Position numbers and translations under genes: made by a program
The notes under the pieces: model-generated
The model's input: only the letters and a program-made list of their open reading frames with translations
What the model was told of the DNA's origin: nothing
Database searches by the model: none
Part shown: in pieces, positions 1-22,151 of the stretch
Layout: the number at the start of each line of letters is the position of its first letter
Numbering within the stretch: position 1 is the first letter of the stretch
Assembly (NCBI GenBank): GCA_963693365.1
Contig: CAVNZM010000001.1
Span: 15,867,840-15,931,839 of the forward strand
DNA: 64,000 nt
Direction: 5' to 3'
Source: Amoebidium appalachense
Lineage: Eukaryota; Protista; Ichthyosporea

Positions 1-492
1 ACCTTGTAAACACACACATGCCATGTATCTCTTACGTGGGTCACGTTTGCATACACAAGTTCGAGACGGCTTGTGCATGCCCCGGTTCATTCAGAGTATT
101 GCTGTAATCATCCCCCCCCCCCCCCCCCCCCCCCTCCCCTCCCCCTTCCTCCCCCCCCCCCCCCCCCCCCCCCTCCCCTCCCCCCTCCCCTCCCCCCCTC
201 CCCCGGCGCCCGGAGGCAAAAAAAGGAGTAATAATAAATAACGATATCCAAACACCAAACAAACAGACACAGTCTGCATCTACGACACCCAACGCACAGC
301 ACGTAAATCTTTCTCAACCACTAAGTTGCTAAGGCACATGCAAAGAGGGCAGTGTATGTTATCTGCCGCCTGGTATCGGAAACTAATGGAGTTTAAGTGT
401 GCATGTCATTCACCGAATGTGTGTGCATTCACGTACACGAGCCGAGACCCGAGTGTACGTTTGTGACGTGGATCTGTGTGTGTACGTGTGTG

Positions 493-523
<31 letters not shown>

Positions 524-646
524 TTTTTTTTTGGGGGGGGGGGGGGGGGATGAGACTTCAGTGAACAAAGAAACTATTAGAATGCATACCTAAGCAACTA
601 TGCCACTGTAAACTCAGTTACACTTGCCCGTGGCCTCCATTTAAGC

Positions 647-7767
<7,121 letters not shown>

Positions 7768-7774
7768 CTATTAG

Positions 7775-7900
7775 TCAACATACACAACATGATCATTATA
7801 CAGGAATGGCACGTTTCAACATACACACCGTGATCATTATACACGAATGCACATTGTTTCAACATACACACCGTGATCATTATACACGAAGGCCATGTTT
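7775..7900. repeat. ~42 bp tandem repeat, about 3 copies
   Basis: tcaacatacacaccgtgatcattatacacgaa occurs three times with variants. Confidence 0.75.
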
Positions 7901-8029
7901 TGTTTACCACATGTGAACAAGCAGAGGTACACGTGCGTATGTGCTTGTACGCACAAAAGCACACGAGTCCATGACTCCAGACACCAAAGGAATGACAGAA
8001 GGAAGGCGGTGGGGATAGGGACAGGAGGA

Positions 8030-8584
<555 letters not shown>

Positions 8585-10578
8585 AAGAAGAAGAAGAAGA
8601 AGAAGAAGAAGAAGGAGAAGAAAAAGAAGGAGAAGAAGAAGGAGAAGGAGAAGAAGAAGAAGAACTGGAGGGAAATAGAAACAATAAAAAAGATAGCCAC
8701 CGAACGCGATTCAGTCAGTAACAACCATGATCACCAATGTTCATAGGAGAGCAACAGCCCTGAACAAAACTAAACACAGTGGCTGGAGTAAGCAAAGAAA
8801 GTAAAGAAATTTCAATTGTATCGAAGCTGTCAACACATCCCCACGTGCGTCAAGATTCACCGCCCTATTCCACAGTGCCCAGCCCCCCCTCCCCCCCCTC
8901 CGGGTCTTAAAAGAGGAGCCAAAAAAAATAAACACAAGAAAAAAAAAGCAAAACACAGACATTCAGTCCAAACATTTTCAACAACGCAAGTGGGGGGGGG
9001 GGGGGGGAGAGAGAGAGAGAGAGAGAGAGAGTTGGAAGGGGGGGGGGGGGGTAGGCATGGCAAGAATTCACCCCTACTGCTGCACTCCTTCCCTCTCCCC
9101 TTCCCCCCCCCCCCCCACCCGGCCACACCCTGTGCTTCTCCTTCCGGTTGCCTTTTGCGCAATGAAAGCAAAATAATCGGTCAGAGGGCCGGAAATGCTC
9201 ACTGGAATAGGATGCCACCTCTGTGGGTGAGTGGTGGGGGTGCAAGACGGGGCCTCTTTGCCTCGGGTTCATCTTCGAGGGGGTCAAGATCTTCACACTG
9301 CAGTCAAGCAAACATGTGTCAGGTTGGAGGGAGTGCGGGATGCAGGCAGAAGACTGAAGCAGTGAAGTGGAGAACTGCAGTTTGGAGCAAGTAGGCAGCT
9401 TCCTGGGTAGGCCTATGGTTTACATGATAAGGATTGAAAGTCAAGGATCCCGTGTATCAGGCTGTCGGGACGTGCACCCAATATATTTGGGTTGTGTGAT
9501 GTGCTCATGCAACACCAGACATCATTCGTTTTAGTCTTGTGTGCGCCTCCTTGTCTACGTGTTGGAGCACTCGTCCAATTCACTTTCTTCCTATGTTTCG
9601 GAATCCCCTTATCAGCTCTACCTTCCTACTGTGCTTGTGCGTTTGAATCTCCCTTGCCTGTTTTTCAGTCCCAACCGCCCTTTTACGACTACCCGTGTTT
9701 CAGTCACTAGACATGCCCCGTCTTTTCAACACTTTCATTAATACAAAATCCATCTAAGCTCTCTTTTCAAACGGATGCATGTTCTCAGTTGGGTTGATGT
9801 GCACTTTCAAAATCTGAAACCAACCTCGTCGTGTGCTGATCGGTTGGTCAAACTGGCTGTAAGAGTGAACGCCATGTGATCCGCAGGAGGAAATGTTAGT
9901 ACGGCTGCTTGTATGTTCTTGACTCTAACACTACCATTGTCAAGAATTGGCTGAAAACGCCCCCGTGGCGGAGCGAATGCCGGGACGCAATGTGAACTCT
10001 CGAATGCAAAAGCAGAATTGGCACACTATAATTCTATGCCATGTTGGTGGTTTTAGATCTGCTCTGCTGGGCAGGTTTCAACAGAGCACGTCTCACACTA
10101 AAGGGCCCACACGTTGGCTCTGGTAATAACAAGCCTTACTACCAGCTGTATTTCTTCTTTATGCTCTCTTCCTGTATGTAGTAAGATTGTAAGGTGTCTG
10201 TGCTGTGGACCGACCTACCCGTGACTCTACTCTGTGATACTTAGCCTGCAGCCACGGCCCTCTGACTGAATTGTGCTGCAGCTGGGCGACGATTGCGTAA
10301 TACCTGTTCGAACTTTTGGGTTTGAACATTGGCTTGACCCGAATCGCAACCTATGACAACGAACGTAGCGCCTATGCATATGTAGAATATCGAATCGGCT
10401 CAAGCGAGACGACCCGAATCGTAGTTTCTGGTGACTCAGCTCGCAGAGACACAGGCAAAGTCCAAAGTGATACAAGTGTTACGAGTGTCTCTCTGTGCCA
10501 CACACAGTTGTATTCAGTCTCGTAGAAAAAGCGTCGTTCCCTTTGACTCGCTCCAACTGGCATAATAGAAACATCAGC

Positions 10579-13197
10579 ATGGCAGATTTTGAACCTTGCG
10601 AGCCCTCCATCCAGAACCTGCTTGACCAGGATACGCTCAAGTGGATCTTCGTGGGGGGTAAAGGCGGTGTTGGCAAGACAACAAGCAGGTGTGTTGGCTT
10701 CGGGGATAGGGAGAAAGATAAGTGTTGAGAAGAGGTGTGAGAGAATAGTGGGAAGAAAGGTGAGGTTGGGTAGGGAAGGCAGGGAAAGAAAAGGGAATGG
10801 CGGGACTTGGCGAAGAACCCTGGTGTCCTATGAATTCGATGGATCTGGAAGAAAGGAAGGGGATCGGTGGGAGCGGAGGGGAGGGGGAGGGGTTTAGGCC
10901 TGTGTCTCATAAGCTCTCTCTCTGCAGATGTGTGTGTGCGTGTGTGCATGTGTCAAGGGGGAAGGGGGTAGAGTGGGATGGATAAGGGGCTTTCTTTTTC
11001 AAGATCTGGTGTTTTTTTTTTTTTTTTTTTTTTTGGGGGGGGGGGGGGAGGGGGAGGGGGGGGACGGAGGGGGTGGGGGGGGTATAGAGAGATGAGGGGC
11101 AATGTGTGCGGGGGGAAGGGGAGGGAGGGGAGAGAAAGGGAGCATGCCTAACACTTTATGGGCTTGCAGTTGCAGCATTGCGGTGCAGCTGTCAAAGGTG
11201 CGAGAAAGTGTGCTGATTATCTCCACCGACCCGGCACACAATCTGAGTGATGCCTTTGGACAGAAGTTTGGCAAGGAGCCCATAAAGGTTAATGGGTTTT
11301 CTAATCTCTATGCCATGGTGAGTTGCTGTGTTTGGGGATGGGTGGACTGTGGCTCTTTTAGTGTGGCTGTATGCAGGTTGAGGGGAGGAAGGGGAGGGAC
11401 GGGAAGGGGAGGCACAGAGAGTTGGAGAGGGGCCGGGGGGTGGGGGGGAGAGAGGAGGGTGGAGAGTGGGGAGGCATCCGTAAGGGGGAGAGAGAGAGAG
11501 AGAGAGAGAGGAGGGGGGGAAACAAATGGTGGGGGGAGGGGAGGGGGGATAGAGCGAGAGAATGAGGGAGGGAGGGAGGGAGGGAGGGAGGGAAGGAGGG
11601 AGGGAGGGAGGGGGTTGTTGGCGGTGGGGGGCGGGGGGAGGGGAGGGGGGGGGAGCGGGGGAGGGGGAGGGGGGAGGAGGGTGGGGGAGAGGTTGGAGGG
11701 AGGGGCCGGTGAACGGGGAAGTTAAGTTTTAGTTCTCTTACCAAATAACATGAGACTGGCTGCAGGGGAGGGAGGGGGATGGGGAAGGGCAGGGGGGAGC
11801 AGAGAAAGATCGAGAGATTTCACGGGGGGGGGGGGGGGGGGGGGGAGAGGATATGGGGGGGGGGAGGGAAAGGAAGAGGGAGGGAGGGAGGGAAGAAAGG
11901 CGGAGGGGCTAGAGAATGAGAGAGACTCACGTGGCGGTACGGGGGAACGGGCTGCTGAATGCAAAGCTTCATTGGGATGGGGATGGGAGAGTGTATGCGC
12001 GTGCGTGCATGTGGATTGCACGCGCGCGAGGGGAGGAGGAGGGGGGGGGGAGGGGGGGAAGGGGGAAGGGGGGGAGGGGAAGAGGGGGGGGGGGGGGGGG
12101 GGGGGGGGGGGAAGGGGGGGAGGGGCGGGAGGGGGGATCACTTCATTTACACATTTGATATCTCTGCAGGAAGTTGATCCAACGGTGGAAGCGCCAGAAC
12201 TAGGTGACATGGGTGCGGGTATGTGCCTTCATTCATCAGAACCCCCCCCCCCCCCCCCCCCCCCCCCCCTTTGACGATGGGCTCTGCTTACTCCTACTCT
12301 TTGTGTGGTTTGCACTCTGCATTATGTTTTTCATGTGAATGTGTACTTTGTACTCTATACCGCATTCCAACCCCCCCTCCCGCCCCCCCCCCCCTCCCCC
12401 CCCCCCCCCCCCTCCCCCCCTTTCCCCCCCCCCCCCCCCCCCCCCCCCCCCACCCAGCGCCGCCCCCAACCCACGCCATCCCTTTGGCCACATTAGTAAG
12501 CCGATGGTTCTGTATCGGTGTTGAAACGAAAGGTGGGTTATTCTAGCCCGGTTTGGACAGACGGACACTCTCCAAGGGTGCATGTAATGAATGGTGTGTA
12601 GGGAAGTGATTTAGGTGGTTGTCGGTGTACACTGTTCATACACACTGTCACCAGGATGGTTTTTCTGATGTACTTTTACTCTTTTATGCTCATCCTCTCT
12701 CATCACCGTCTTTTGGTAGAGGTGTGTGTATGTGTGTGCGTGTGTTTGGGGGGGGGGGGGGGGGGGGGGGGGAGGGGGGGGGGAGGGGGGGTGGGGGGGA
12801 AATGGGGGGAGGGGAGGGGAGGAGGAGGGGGGGGGGGAGGGAGAGCACCGAGTTGCAAAGCAACAGAAAGGCAAAGAATGTAAACCACGGTATGTTGGGG
12901 ATCAGATGGTGAAAATACCGCGGGGATTCTTCAGGAAATTTCAGGCGCAATTCCTGGTATTGACGAGGCTATGAGCTTTGCCGAAGTCATGAAGTATGCA
13001 CCCCCCTCCCGCCCCCCTCCTCCCCTTCCCCCCCCCCCCCCCCCCCCCTCGTCCCCCCAACCGCTGATGACATGGTTCTCCCCTGAGGGTGGACTCTGCT
13101 TACTAATGCATACTCCTTATGTGTGGTTTGCACTCTGCATTGTGTTGGTCCGATGTAAATGTGTGTTTGGTACTATATTACAGGTTCTTAACCCCCT

Positions 13198-13229
<32 letters not shown>

Positions 13230-13720
13230 ACACTTTCCCTCACTTCCTGCCGGCCTTCAAGTGGTTTCCGTTACCGCTATCCCGTTTGCTTTACTGCTAC
13301 CCCGGAAGACCACACCGGCCTTCAATCCCCCACCCTTCCTCCTTCCCTCCTGGAGTGTAGCTCTTCTTTTGTTGCATACTCTTTGCATGTGTTTTGCACC
13401 CCACATTATGCCATCCATGTTGGATGTCTATTTTCTACAACAGAACTCACTCCTAACCCTCCCCCCCCTTCCCCTTCTCCCCCCGTCTCTCCCCCTCCCC
13501 CTTCCCCCTCCCCCCCTCTGCGTGCGTTTTCCGACGGCTACAGACTTGTGCAAACGATGAACTACAGTGTGATTGTGTTTGACACGGCACCGACCGGACA
13601 CACACTGCGACTGCTTCAGTTCCCCACGGTGTTGGAGAAGGGCCTGGGCAAGCTGCTCGAGCTAAAGGCGAGGTTTGGAGGCATGCTGCAGCAGGTGGGT
13701 GTGTTTCTTTTTTCTTTTTC

Positions 13721-13763
<43 letters not shown>

Positions 13764-13963
13764 TTTATTTTCTTTCCTTTTTTTTTTTGTTGTTGAGTGT
13801 GTGTGGGTGGGTGGGTGGGGGGTGGGGGGGGGGGGGGGGTTAGAAGTCGGTGAGGGGTCAGGACAGTGGGGAAATGGGTGTGTTCCTAGATGTGAGCGGG
13901 GGGGTTGGGTATGTCAAGTGGTTATGGCGGTGGTGATCTGGGTCGGATGGGTGGGTGGGTGCT

Positions 13964-13994
<31 letters not shown>

Positions 13995-14304
13995 CGAGGG
14001 GAGTAGATTAAGATTTGCCGAAAATGGGTGTTGGTATGGGTGTATGGTCGGTATGCGTGTGATGGTGGGTGGGAGAGACTGAAAATGTACGTGCGGTAGG
14101 CGAGTGCAATGATTTATGATGTTTGGGGATAGGTGCAAAAGGAGGAGGACATGCGTGGTTTGTTTTACTGTAATTTGTGGTTATGTTTTCTGATTTAGGT
14201 GACTGAGCTGATATTGTCGTTGCTTGTTGTTGTTGTTGCTGGTGCTTTTGTTGTTGCTGCTGTTATTTTTGGGGAGAAGGATGAGAAGGGGGGAGGGGGG
14301 AAAG

Positions 14305-14335
<31 letters not shown>

Positions 14336-14595
14336 AACCAGCACTGCACACACACACACATACACACACGTGCAGGACACACACAAACGTAGAGGACACG
14401 CATCATCGTGCACCACACACACACACACACACGGCTCTATGGCAACACCGGCTCACATGTGCTGCTGCTTGCAGGTTAGCGCTATGTTCGGAGCACCAGC
14501 ATTCGACGACCAGGCCCTTACAGGTCCCCCTCATCCCCCCATACCCCCTATCCCCCCCCCCCCCCCCATACCCCCTGTCCCCTCCCCCCCCCCCC

Positions 14596-14641
<46 letters not shown>

Positions 14642-16551
14642 ACACACACACGTACACACAAATTCCACCCCCACCACCACCAGGAACACCTCCACACGAA
14701 CCCACCCACCCTTTTAAACCCTCCAATCGCTCCCTTGTAGCATATACAGACACGTACGAGCATATACACATACATATGCGCCTACATGTATACGCTTACC
14801 GACGCACAAGCAAGTACACATGAGCACACACAAACACACTTGCTCTTGGGCGCGCGCACACACACTCCTTTGCACGGAGGCACACGCATCCCACATATGT
14901 TTAAAGTTGTAGGTGCACACGTGCGCACATGCATACGCTTGTTCCTGTATGTAGTCTATGTAGTCTATAGACCTACCCAACTTGATCCCATAAGCTCACG
15001 GTTTCAACCTACGGTTTTAACCCCTTGCAGAGCGGTTGTTGCAGACCAAGGCAGTTATAGATGAGGTCATTCGTCAGTTTAAAAATCCGGTACGTCCACA
15101 AAACCGTGCCATGCAATGCTTTCTATGTGTGCCGTGCCGTGCATTTTCTTTCTTTTCTTTCTTTCTTTCTTTTTCTTTTTTTTTTTTCCTTTTCTTTTCT
15201 TTTTTTTTGGCCCTCCCCTCTAAATGCTTACACATGCAAGTCGTTCACAAAACCGTGCCATGCAATAATTTCTATGTGTGCCGTGCCGTACATATTCTTA
15301 TCTTATCTTTTCTTTTCTTTTTTCTTTCCTTTTTTTTTGGCCAACCCCTTCAAAGGCATACACATGCAAGTCACTCCGGTGCTTCTATTCGTCGGTGTCG
15401 TTCTTACGACGTGTAAGCACGTGTGTTGTGTATGTGTGAGTTTGTGTAACTTGCCAAGGCACGAAGGTGCACCATCCGTGCGGCTGTGTAAATGGGTGGG
15501 TGTTCATGGTGCTCTCTGATATAAACCTGCTGACACGACCACATCAACTATATGTGTACGTGTATCAAGCCCTAGACGGCATATTATCCTCCCTCTCTGT
15601 GACAACTTTTCCTCGTCTGCTACCAGCACACCAATCCCTTGCCCCGACTACAAGACCAAGCAAGATTTGTCTGTGTGTGTACATTTACCCGTGTATATAC
15701 ATTTGTCAACCCCCTGACCACATCACACTGCTTCTGTTGTCTGTGCCATTTCTTTTCACTTCTTTTTCTCATTTATTACTAATACACCAATCACTCGTTT
15801 CTTCCACAGTACCAAGCAACATGTTTGTGTGTGTACATGTACCCGTGTGTGTTTACATTTGTCAACCCCTTGACCACATTACGTTACTTCTGTTCACTGT
15901 GCCACCCTTTTCCGACTAATATGCCAACTTCTTTTTTTCTTCCACAGGACCAAACGACCTTTGTGTGTGTGTGCATTAGCGAGTTCCTTTCTCTTTACGA
16001 GACCGAGCGACTAATTCAGGAACTGACCAAGTTTGAGATCGACACACACAACATCATTGTCAACCAACTACTGGTGCCCAAGGAAGGTATGTGTTTACAC
16101 GTGTTTTTTCCTCTAATAATAAAATGTGACGTCTGACGTAACCAGGCACGTGTTTTTGTCTCACCATTGTTTCCAATGTTGTTTTGCTGTTGGTCTTTCT
16201 TATAACAGACGACATGATATGCAAGATGACCCCCTGCCCTGATGATAGGCTCTGCTTATCGCCTACTCCTTATGTGTTCTTTGCACTCTGCTTTGTGTTT
16301 TTGGTTATGGATACTTGCTTCATACTCTACAACACATTCTAACCCCCCCCCCCCCCCCCTCCCCACCTTTTTTTCGCTGCCCCCCTTCCTCCTCCTCATG
16401 ACTCAGTTTTGCACAAACACGTAACATCTCCACACACAAATACCTTGCAAGCATGGCGCGCCCCTGTGTCCGCTCCCGCGTTCGTGCACATACAAGAGCA
16501 CATGCACACATGCATGCGTCTTCACGCACGCACGCACGCGCGCGCGCGCGC

Positions 16552-16615
<64 letters not shown>

Positions 16616-17049
16616 GTCCAACTGCGACCTATGCAAGGCCCGTGTCAAGATGCAAGCCAAGTACCTCAGCCAGATCGACGACCTTTACGAGGACTTCAAT
16701 GTGTATGTTCCCTGCCCCCTTTCAACCACTCTTGCGATTTTTCATTTGGAATGCTACCGTAATAATAGTTTGCTCAGGATTCTCCACAGGATTCATACCT
16801 TTTCCATGACCTCTTGGGTGCCTGAATGCAATGCAGACATAAAAGATAAAGTGGCAGCCCTCCCCTCCCCCCCCTCCCCCCCCCCCCCCCCCCCCCCCCA
16901 GACACACACACACAAATAAAAAATAAAATGAAATAATAATAGGTAAAAAATTATAATAAAAAAAAATAAAAATTGCAGCAGCAACATCAGCAGCAACTAG
17001 TACGAAAAGAAGAGAAAGGATAAGGGAAATGGTTTTGGTGTGTGTGTGT

Positions 17050-17082
<33 letters not shown>

Positions 17083-17408
17083 TACAGCCTCTTTGGTGCG
17101 TTGCATCTTCCCCATGTTTGCTCCTTCTTTCGTGTCTCTGAAATTTCCCGAAATGCATCACCATTTCCTATCTGCTTTCCGTTTACCTCTGTGCATACAT
17201 TATATTTTGCTTTACAGAGGTTTTTCTGTTGGTGTTGGTGGTTGTTGGCTTTTCGTGTCTGCGCACATTTGTGGCGAAGATTGGTGGCATTGTTTGTAGT
17301 GTGGTGGCGTGCCCTTGTATTTTTCTCTCTCCCTTTTGTTTTTCTCTCCCAACCCCTTTAAAAAGATGCTTGTTTGTTTATTTATGTATTACTGTTCCCC
17401 CCCTCCCC

Positions 17409-17439
<31 letters not shown>

Positions 17440-17481
17440 AAAAAAAAAAAAAGGAAAGAAAAGAAAAGAAAAGAAAAGAAA

Positions 17482-17517
<36 letters not shown>

Positions 17518-17687
17518 CCACACACGTATTTTGCCCTTTGTACCATCCCCATGCAATCTTAGTTCCTCCCCGGCTGACTTTTCCTTTCCCTCTCAGAACG
17601 AAAGTGCCTCTGCTCACCCACGAGGTGCGTGGCAAGGAGAACCTGGAACGATTTTCAGAGCTGCTGGTGAAACCAGCCATCAAGTAG
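10579..17687 (+). CDS. GET3: Tail-anchored protein insertion ATPase GET3/ASNA1 (ArsA family), 10 exons
   Basis: Exons 10579-10688, 11170-11317, 12170-12218, 12906-12993, 13544-13694, 14475-14523, 15031-15089, 15948-16086, 16615-16702, 17597-17687. Motifs: [15 protein letters not shown] (P-loop), [44 protein letters not shown] and the CDLC zinc site. Confidence 0.96.
12270..12372 (+). repeat. Copy of the ~110-nt intronic element (GET3 intron 3)
   Basis: ttgacgatgggctctgcttactcctactctttgtgtggtttgcactctgcattatg...gaatgtgtactttgtactctataccgcattccaacccc, lying between poly-C tracts. Confidence 0.85.
13064..13193 (+). repeat. Copy of the ~110-nt intronic element (GET3 intron 4); a truncated second copy follows at ~13372-13458
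   Basis: ccctgagggtggactctgcttactaatgcatactccttatgtgtggtttgcactctgcattgtg...ttcttaacccc. Confidence 0.85.
15095..15300. repeat. Local ~55 bp direct duplication in GET3 intron 7; degenerate ~150 bp tandem units follow at ~15540-15915
   Basis: cacaaaaccgtgccatgcaat..tttctatgtgtgccgtgccgt at ~15097 and ~15246, and cacca atc...tttgtcaacccc.tgaccacat repeated downstream. Confidence 0.7.
16237..16344 (+). repeat. Copy of the ~110-nt intronic element (GET3 intron 8)
   Basis: ccctgatgataggctctgcttatcgcctactccttatgtgttctttgcactctgctttgtg...acacattctaacccc. Confidence 0.85.
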
Positions 17688-17978
17688 GTTAGTATGGGAT
17701 GATATCTGCGTAGGACTGGCTGTTGCTGTACAACAAATAAGGTCTTTAGATGTTTTAAGCATCATTGCTTACAGATGAGGGTGCTTTAGGAGGTCGGGGG
17801 CAGAGTGTTAGGTGTGAGGGTTTCAGCTGACTGCCGCAGCATGCGCAAGAACAAAAACGACATGAGACGACCTGTACCGTAGTGGTCAAGTGTAGGGTGG
17901 GTTAAAGGGGTGTGCGTGTTGTGTGTGTGTGGTTGGGGGGAGGAGGGGTGAAAGAGAAGTGTGTGTGTGTGTGGGGGT

Positions 17979-18020
<42 letters not shown>

Positions 18021-18944
18021 AGATCTGCAGGCAGCTGAATGACCTTAGGCACAAAGCTCCTCTTCCTCGTCTCTGTTCTTTCGTTTCTTTCTCCTTACGA
18101 TATTTGCTTTGTGGTATTGGCTCGAATTATAAGGCTTCTGACTGAGCACGTATGCGGAGCACACATCTACGGTGGGCTGGACCTGCCTGATCTGTTTGAG
18201 TATGAGTGGCTGGCAGTGATGACCTGCAGGCATTTCTTCATACGCCCCACTCTATCGTTTCAAAGGCTTTGTTTTGCCAGTGGTCATCAATATGCCTATT
18301 GCACATGCATGGAAGGGGGGTTGCAAACTTTACGACCGTGGCCTGGTCCCTTTCGAGTCAATCCCCCATCCCTCCTTCCATCGCGCCCCTCTCCCCTCCC
18401 CCTCCCCCTCCCTTTCCATCCCCCTTTCTCTCTTCTCTTCCCCTCCCCTCTCCCCTAATCTCTCTCTCTCTGTGCAGAGTAGATTCACTAATCATGTAAT
18501 TACATACACCGGTTTACACTTGTACCTGTAGCTTGGAGGCATATACTTCTTTCCCTCCATCACCACCCCCCGTCCCTCCCCCCCCATTAAGAGCCCAGAT
18601 TTATGCAGTCCCCACTAGTAACAGCCCGGAAGTGTACAAGCTGCAGCATGTTTACTCGACCGGCTCACGACATGCACATGTACCATATCCAAGCCGTATG
18701 AGAGCCATGTGCATGGCGTTTTACAAATCCCGGAATTTTTTTTATATGCAAAGCTGTGTTGTAGCGGCCACGAAGTTTCCTTGAATCTTTTCCCTTTCCT
18801 ATCCCGTCTTCTTATTTTTGTGTTTTTCTCTTTTCGCACGTCTCGAGGGGCTTCGTTCAGGCTTCGTTCGTCTTCTCTTTTGAGCTTGCGCAGTGTCCGG
18901 TGATCAAGCACTTCGATTTGACAAAAAGCACGGCGAGCGCACAC

Positions 18945-18969
18945 TTTTCGCGGGAATCCGCATGATTGG
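18945..18969. promoter_or_regulatory. Candidate overlapping E2F/DP sites plus inverted CCAAT box upstream of DP
   Basis: TTTTCGCGGGAA (18945-18956) followed by ATTGG (18965-18969), about 520 bp before the DP ATG. Confidence 0.45.
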
Positions 18970-19473
18970 TTCAGCGGTTAAAATCCTTGATTAGTTATGC
19001 TTTTAAAATATTTTTACACACAGTGTATTTAATGGTTACTGACTATTCGCTGTTGGTCATGCGTGTGGTAACCGCCCTTCAGAGATAGACCCAAAACAGA
19101 GAAACCGGCCGGTGCGTCGACGGCGCGCACATCATCATAGCTGGGAGAAGCTTTTGTTTCCACGCTTTAGCACCTTATGTACGCTCTGCCTAAACGTATT
19201 TTTCGTTTTTTCAACTTAAAACCTGCGTAAAAAAAAACATACATTGTGTTGATGTATAGTAAGTTCTGAAACCAATGCCTGCTACCTTTGACTAGGCTGA
19301 AGTAAAGAGCCTCTCGGCACACGCACCTTCTTCCCAAGCACAAGCTGAAAGGTGTCAAACCTCGAGTAGAAACGCAATTTGAACTTGCTGTTTTTGGTAA
19401 CCCAAACAAGGGTTTTTAAAGCTTACATATAGAGGAGTTTAGAAGGGCCGCCTAGGTGCTGGCGACCTTCACC

Positions 19474-21537
19474 ATGGCAACGACAACAGAAACAGCAAGG
19501 TAACGAAACTGGTGCCTGTGTGTGTTTGTTTGTGGGTTGGGCCGCGCAACTGCTCAGCCAGTTGTATACTGGCCTAAACAAGCAACAGCAGCTTGTAGGT
19601 GAGAAATGAGTGAAGAGGGAGATAGGGCGGGTCTTTAGCTACTATGAAAAAGGGAACGAATACAGCTGCCGCATGATGTACACACAGATGCCTGTAAGCG
19701 AGCCTTCTTTGTGCTGAGCGCAAATTCTTGCTGGATATTTGTGCCCGCGTGTATCTTCTTCTTCATATGGGAGAACACAAGCCTTCTTCTTGTTTAGCAT
19801 GTGGGCATAGTTTGTGTAGCTGGCAACATGCAGCTGAGCTTAGTACCTTGAGGGCCCGGTATTGTGTTCTTATCTGGTGCTGAACCGCCTTGACCTCTTT
19901 TCTCATTTTCACCAATTCGTGAGGGTAAGTTTTATTGGACACCTTGGGCCTATCTTATATTGACTGTGTTTAATCCTCGGTTCTTCCTACTGCTTCTCCT
20001 GCTTACAATTTTTTTGCACATCAGCCGGTTGGAATATAAACAGAAGTCACTTTGATGGTTCGATCGATATAGATGAAAAGACCTCCACAAGTCTTGTCAC
20101 ATGATTTGAGATGCCAAAGGCGGATCACTTCGAGATGCACTTTTTCCACACCCAGAAAGTTTCATGCCTGTCTTTTTGTGCCTGCCTGGTCCCACTCCCT
20201 CAACCCCTCTCCCCTCCTCCCCTCTCCCCCCTTTACCCCTCCCCAATCCTTGCGCTCCAATCTCAAACAAAAACTCGAAAGTAAAGGTAGAGAAAAATGT
20301 GGCTTCACCAGCCTTATCCTCTCTTCTCTTTGTTTCCCTATCCTAGTCCACCAAAGCCCAGATGAAAGCTCTCGATGTCTTGCTTATCCATGTCATTCCC
20401 CCTTGACAACAGGCCTGAGATGGCACAAGCAACAACACAACAACAAGAAGCAAGCAAACATCTTGCCCCTGCCCAACACCCAATGCCGCACATGAGGAAC
20501 GGCATGAACACGATGCCTCCACACATGAATCACCCACCACCTCAGTTCACACCAAATGGTTACAACATGGGATCCATGCCGCATTCGCCTTACCCGATCT
20601 ATCCATCACCGATGGCTGATAGGGGGTTCAAGCGCAAGCATGAAGGTTATACACCATCCCCAAGAGTTTTGCCATATGTTGGGTTGGTTTCCCCCCTCCC
20701 CCCGCTCTTACACCCACCCACCCAACCACAACCCAAATGCCTCTTGGGCGGCCCATTTTTCCTGCGGCGTGGGCTTTGTTATGTTCATAGGCTTATTCGT
20801 AAAATATTCTTGGAATATAACTCATGCACAAAATCGATACTTTTGGGGCGGAGACTGTGGATTCTTTCCTTTTTTCTGGTGCTCGAGAATCGTTTGCACT
20901 AAACTGGGGCCTGATTGAGGCATGCGTAAGAAAAATTGAAGTCTCCCCCTCCCCACCTCCCTCCCTCCCTCCCTCCCTGTCTCTTCCTCTCGCTCTTCTC
21001 CCCCTCTCTCCCCTCCTCCCCCCTCTCTGATGCTTTCACTCTCTGTTACTCCCTCCGTTCCCGTCTCCGCTTTGAATGGCCTACTCTTGTGTTTTTTAAG
21101 AAATCCGTACTGTTTTGGAAACCAGATAAGGTAGGATAATGAAAGTGAAGAGTTTTATTGGATTCTAGCAAAATCAGACCCCAAGGGCAGATATTTCGTT
21201 CTTCATTGCACCTTTGTGCTCCGGAGATAAATTTTATTCTGACCCCACTACCCCCCCCCCCCCCCCCCTCCCTCTCCTTCCTCCACCGTGCGAAAAAAAG
21301 CAAGTAATGACTACTTAACAAACGAACTAGGAAAACAGGAAGGGAAGACACAGCGAGAAAAGAACAGCGAACAAAAAAGAAAGCACATGCACATGTTGAA
21401 TGTACATGCACACATACAAAAGAGAAAAGAAAGCCACACTAGGTAAAGGACAACGGAGGGAAAAAAAAAAAGGACACACGCATGTTGCGCACAGATGCAC
21501 GCATACACAACGCGCACGTACACGAACATGCACACAC

Positions 21538-21602
<65 letters not shown>

Positions 21603-22102
21603 CAGGCGGAACCCACGACAACAGCAAGTAGTGTCTGCCGACAAGAACAGCAAGGGGCTGCGACACTTCTCCCTGCGTGTGTGTCAGAAAGTCAAGCAGA
21701 AGGGCATTACGTCATATGTAGAGGTGACTCACTGCCCCCTTAGTATCATACCCTACCGTAGCCTGGTACATGCACGGTGTCAGACTGTGTGCAATGTGTA
21801 CTGCTCTATTCATGTTTGTTTTTTTTTGGGTGGGTTTTTGAGCTCAGGAGCTCGTGTCATTACTTTTTTCCCGGAGAAGTATGTGCTTTCAACCTCTAAT
21901 CGAATATTGTGTATCAAGCCATGGTGGGCAGCAAGTTTCATATCTTCTCCGGCAACCCATACTATTTTTTTAAAAGTTTAGGAATATGGGTACAATAACC
22001 ATACTTACACTGCCGCTTTGTTTTCAGGTTGCGGAAGAGTTGGTGCAAGAACTGACGGCACTCGAGGCATCCCCACGCGCACGAAAGGGCGAACCTGTGA
22101 GC

Positions 22103-22151
<49 letters not shown>

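Noticed and set aside
12270-12372. Calling the intronic element a C/D snoRNA or Helitron
   Set aside because: The box C-like motif is variable and there is no terminal box D. The 5' TC and A/T insertion site expected of a Helitron are absent. Left unclassified.
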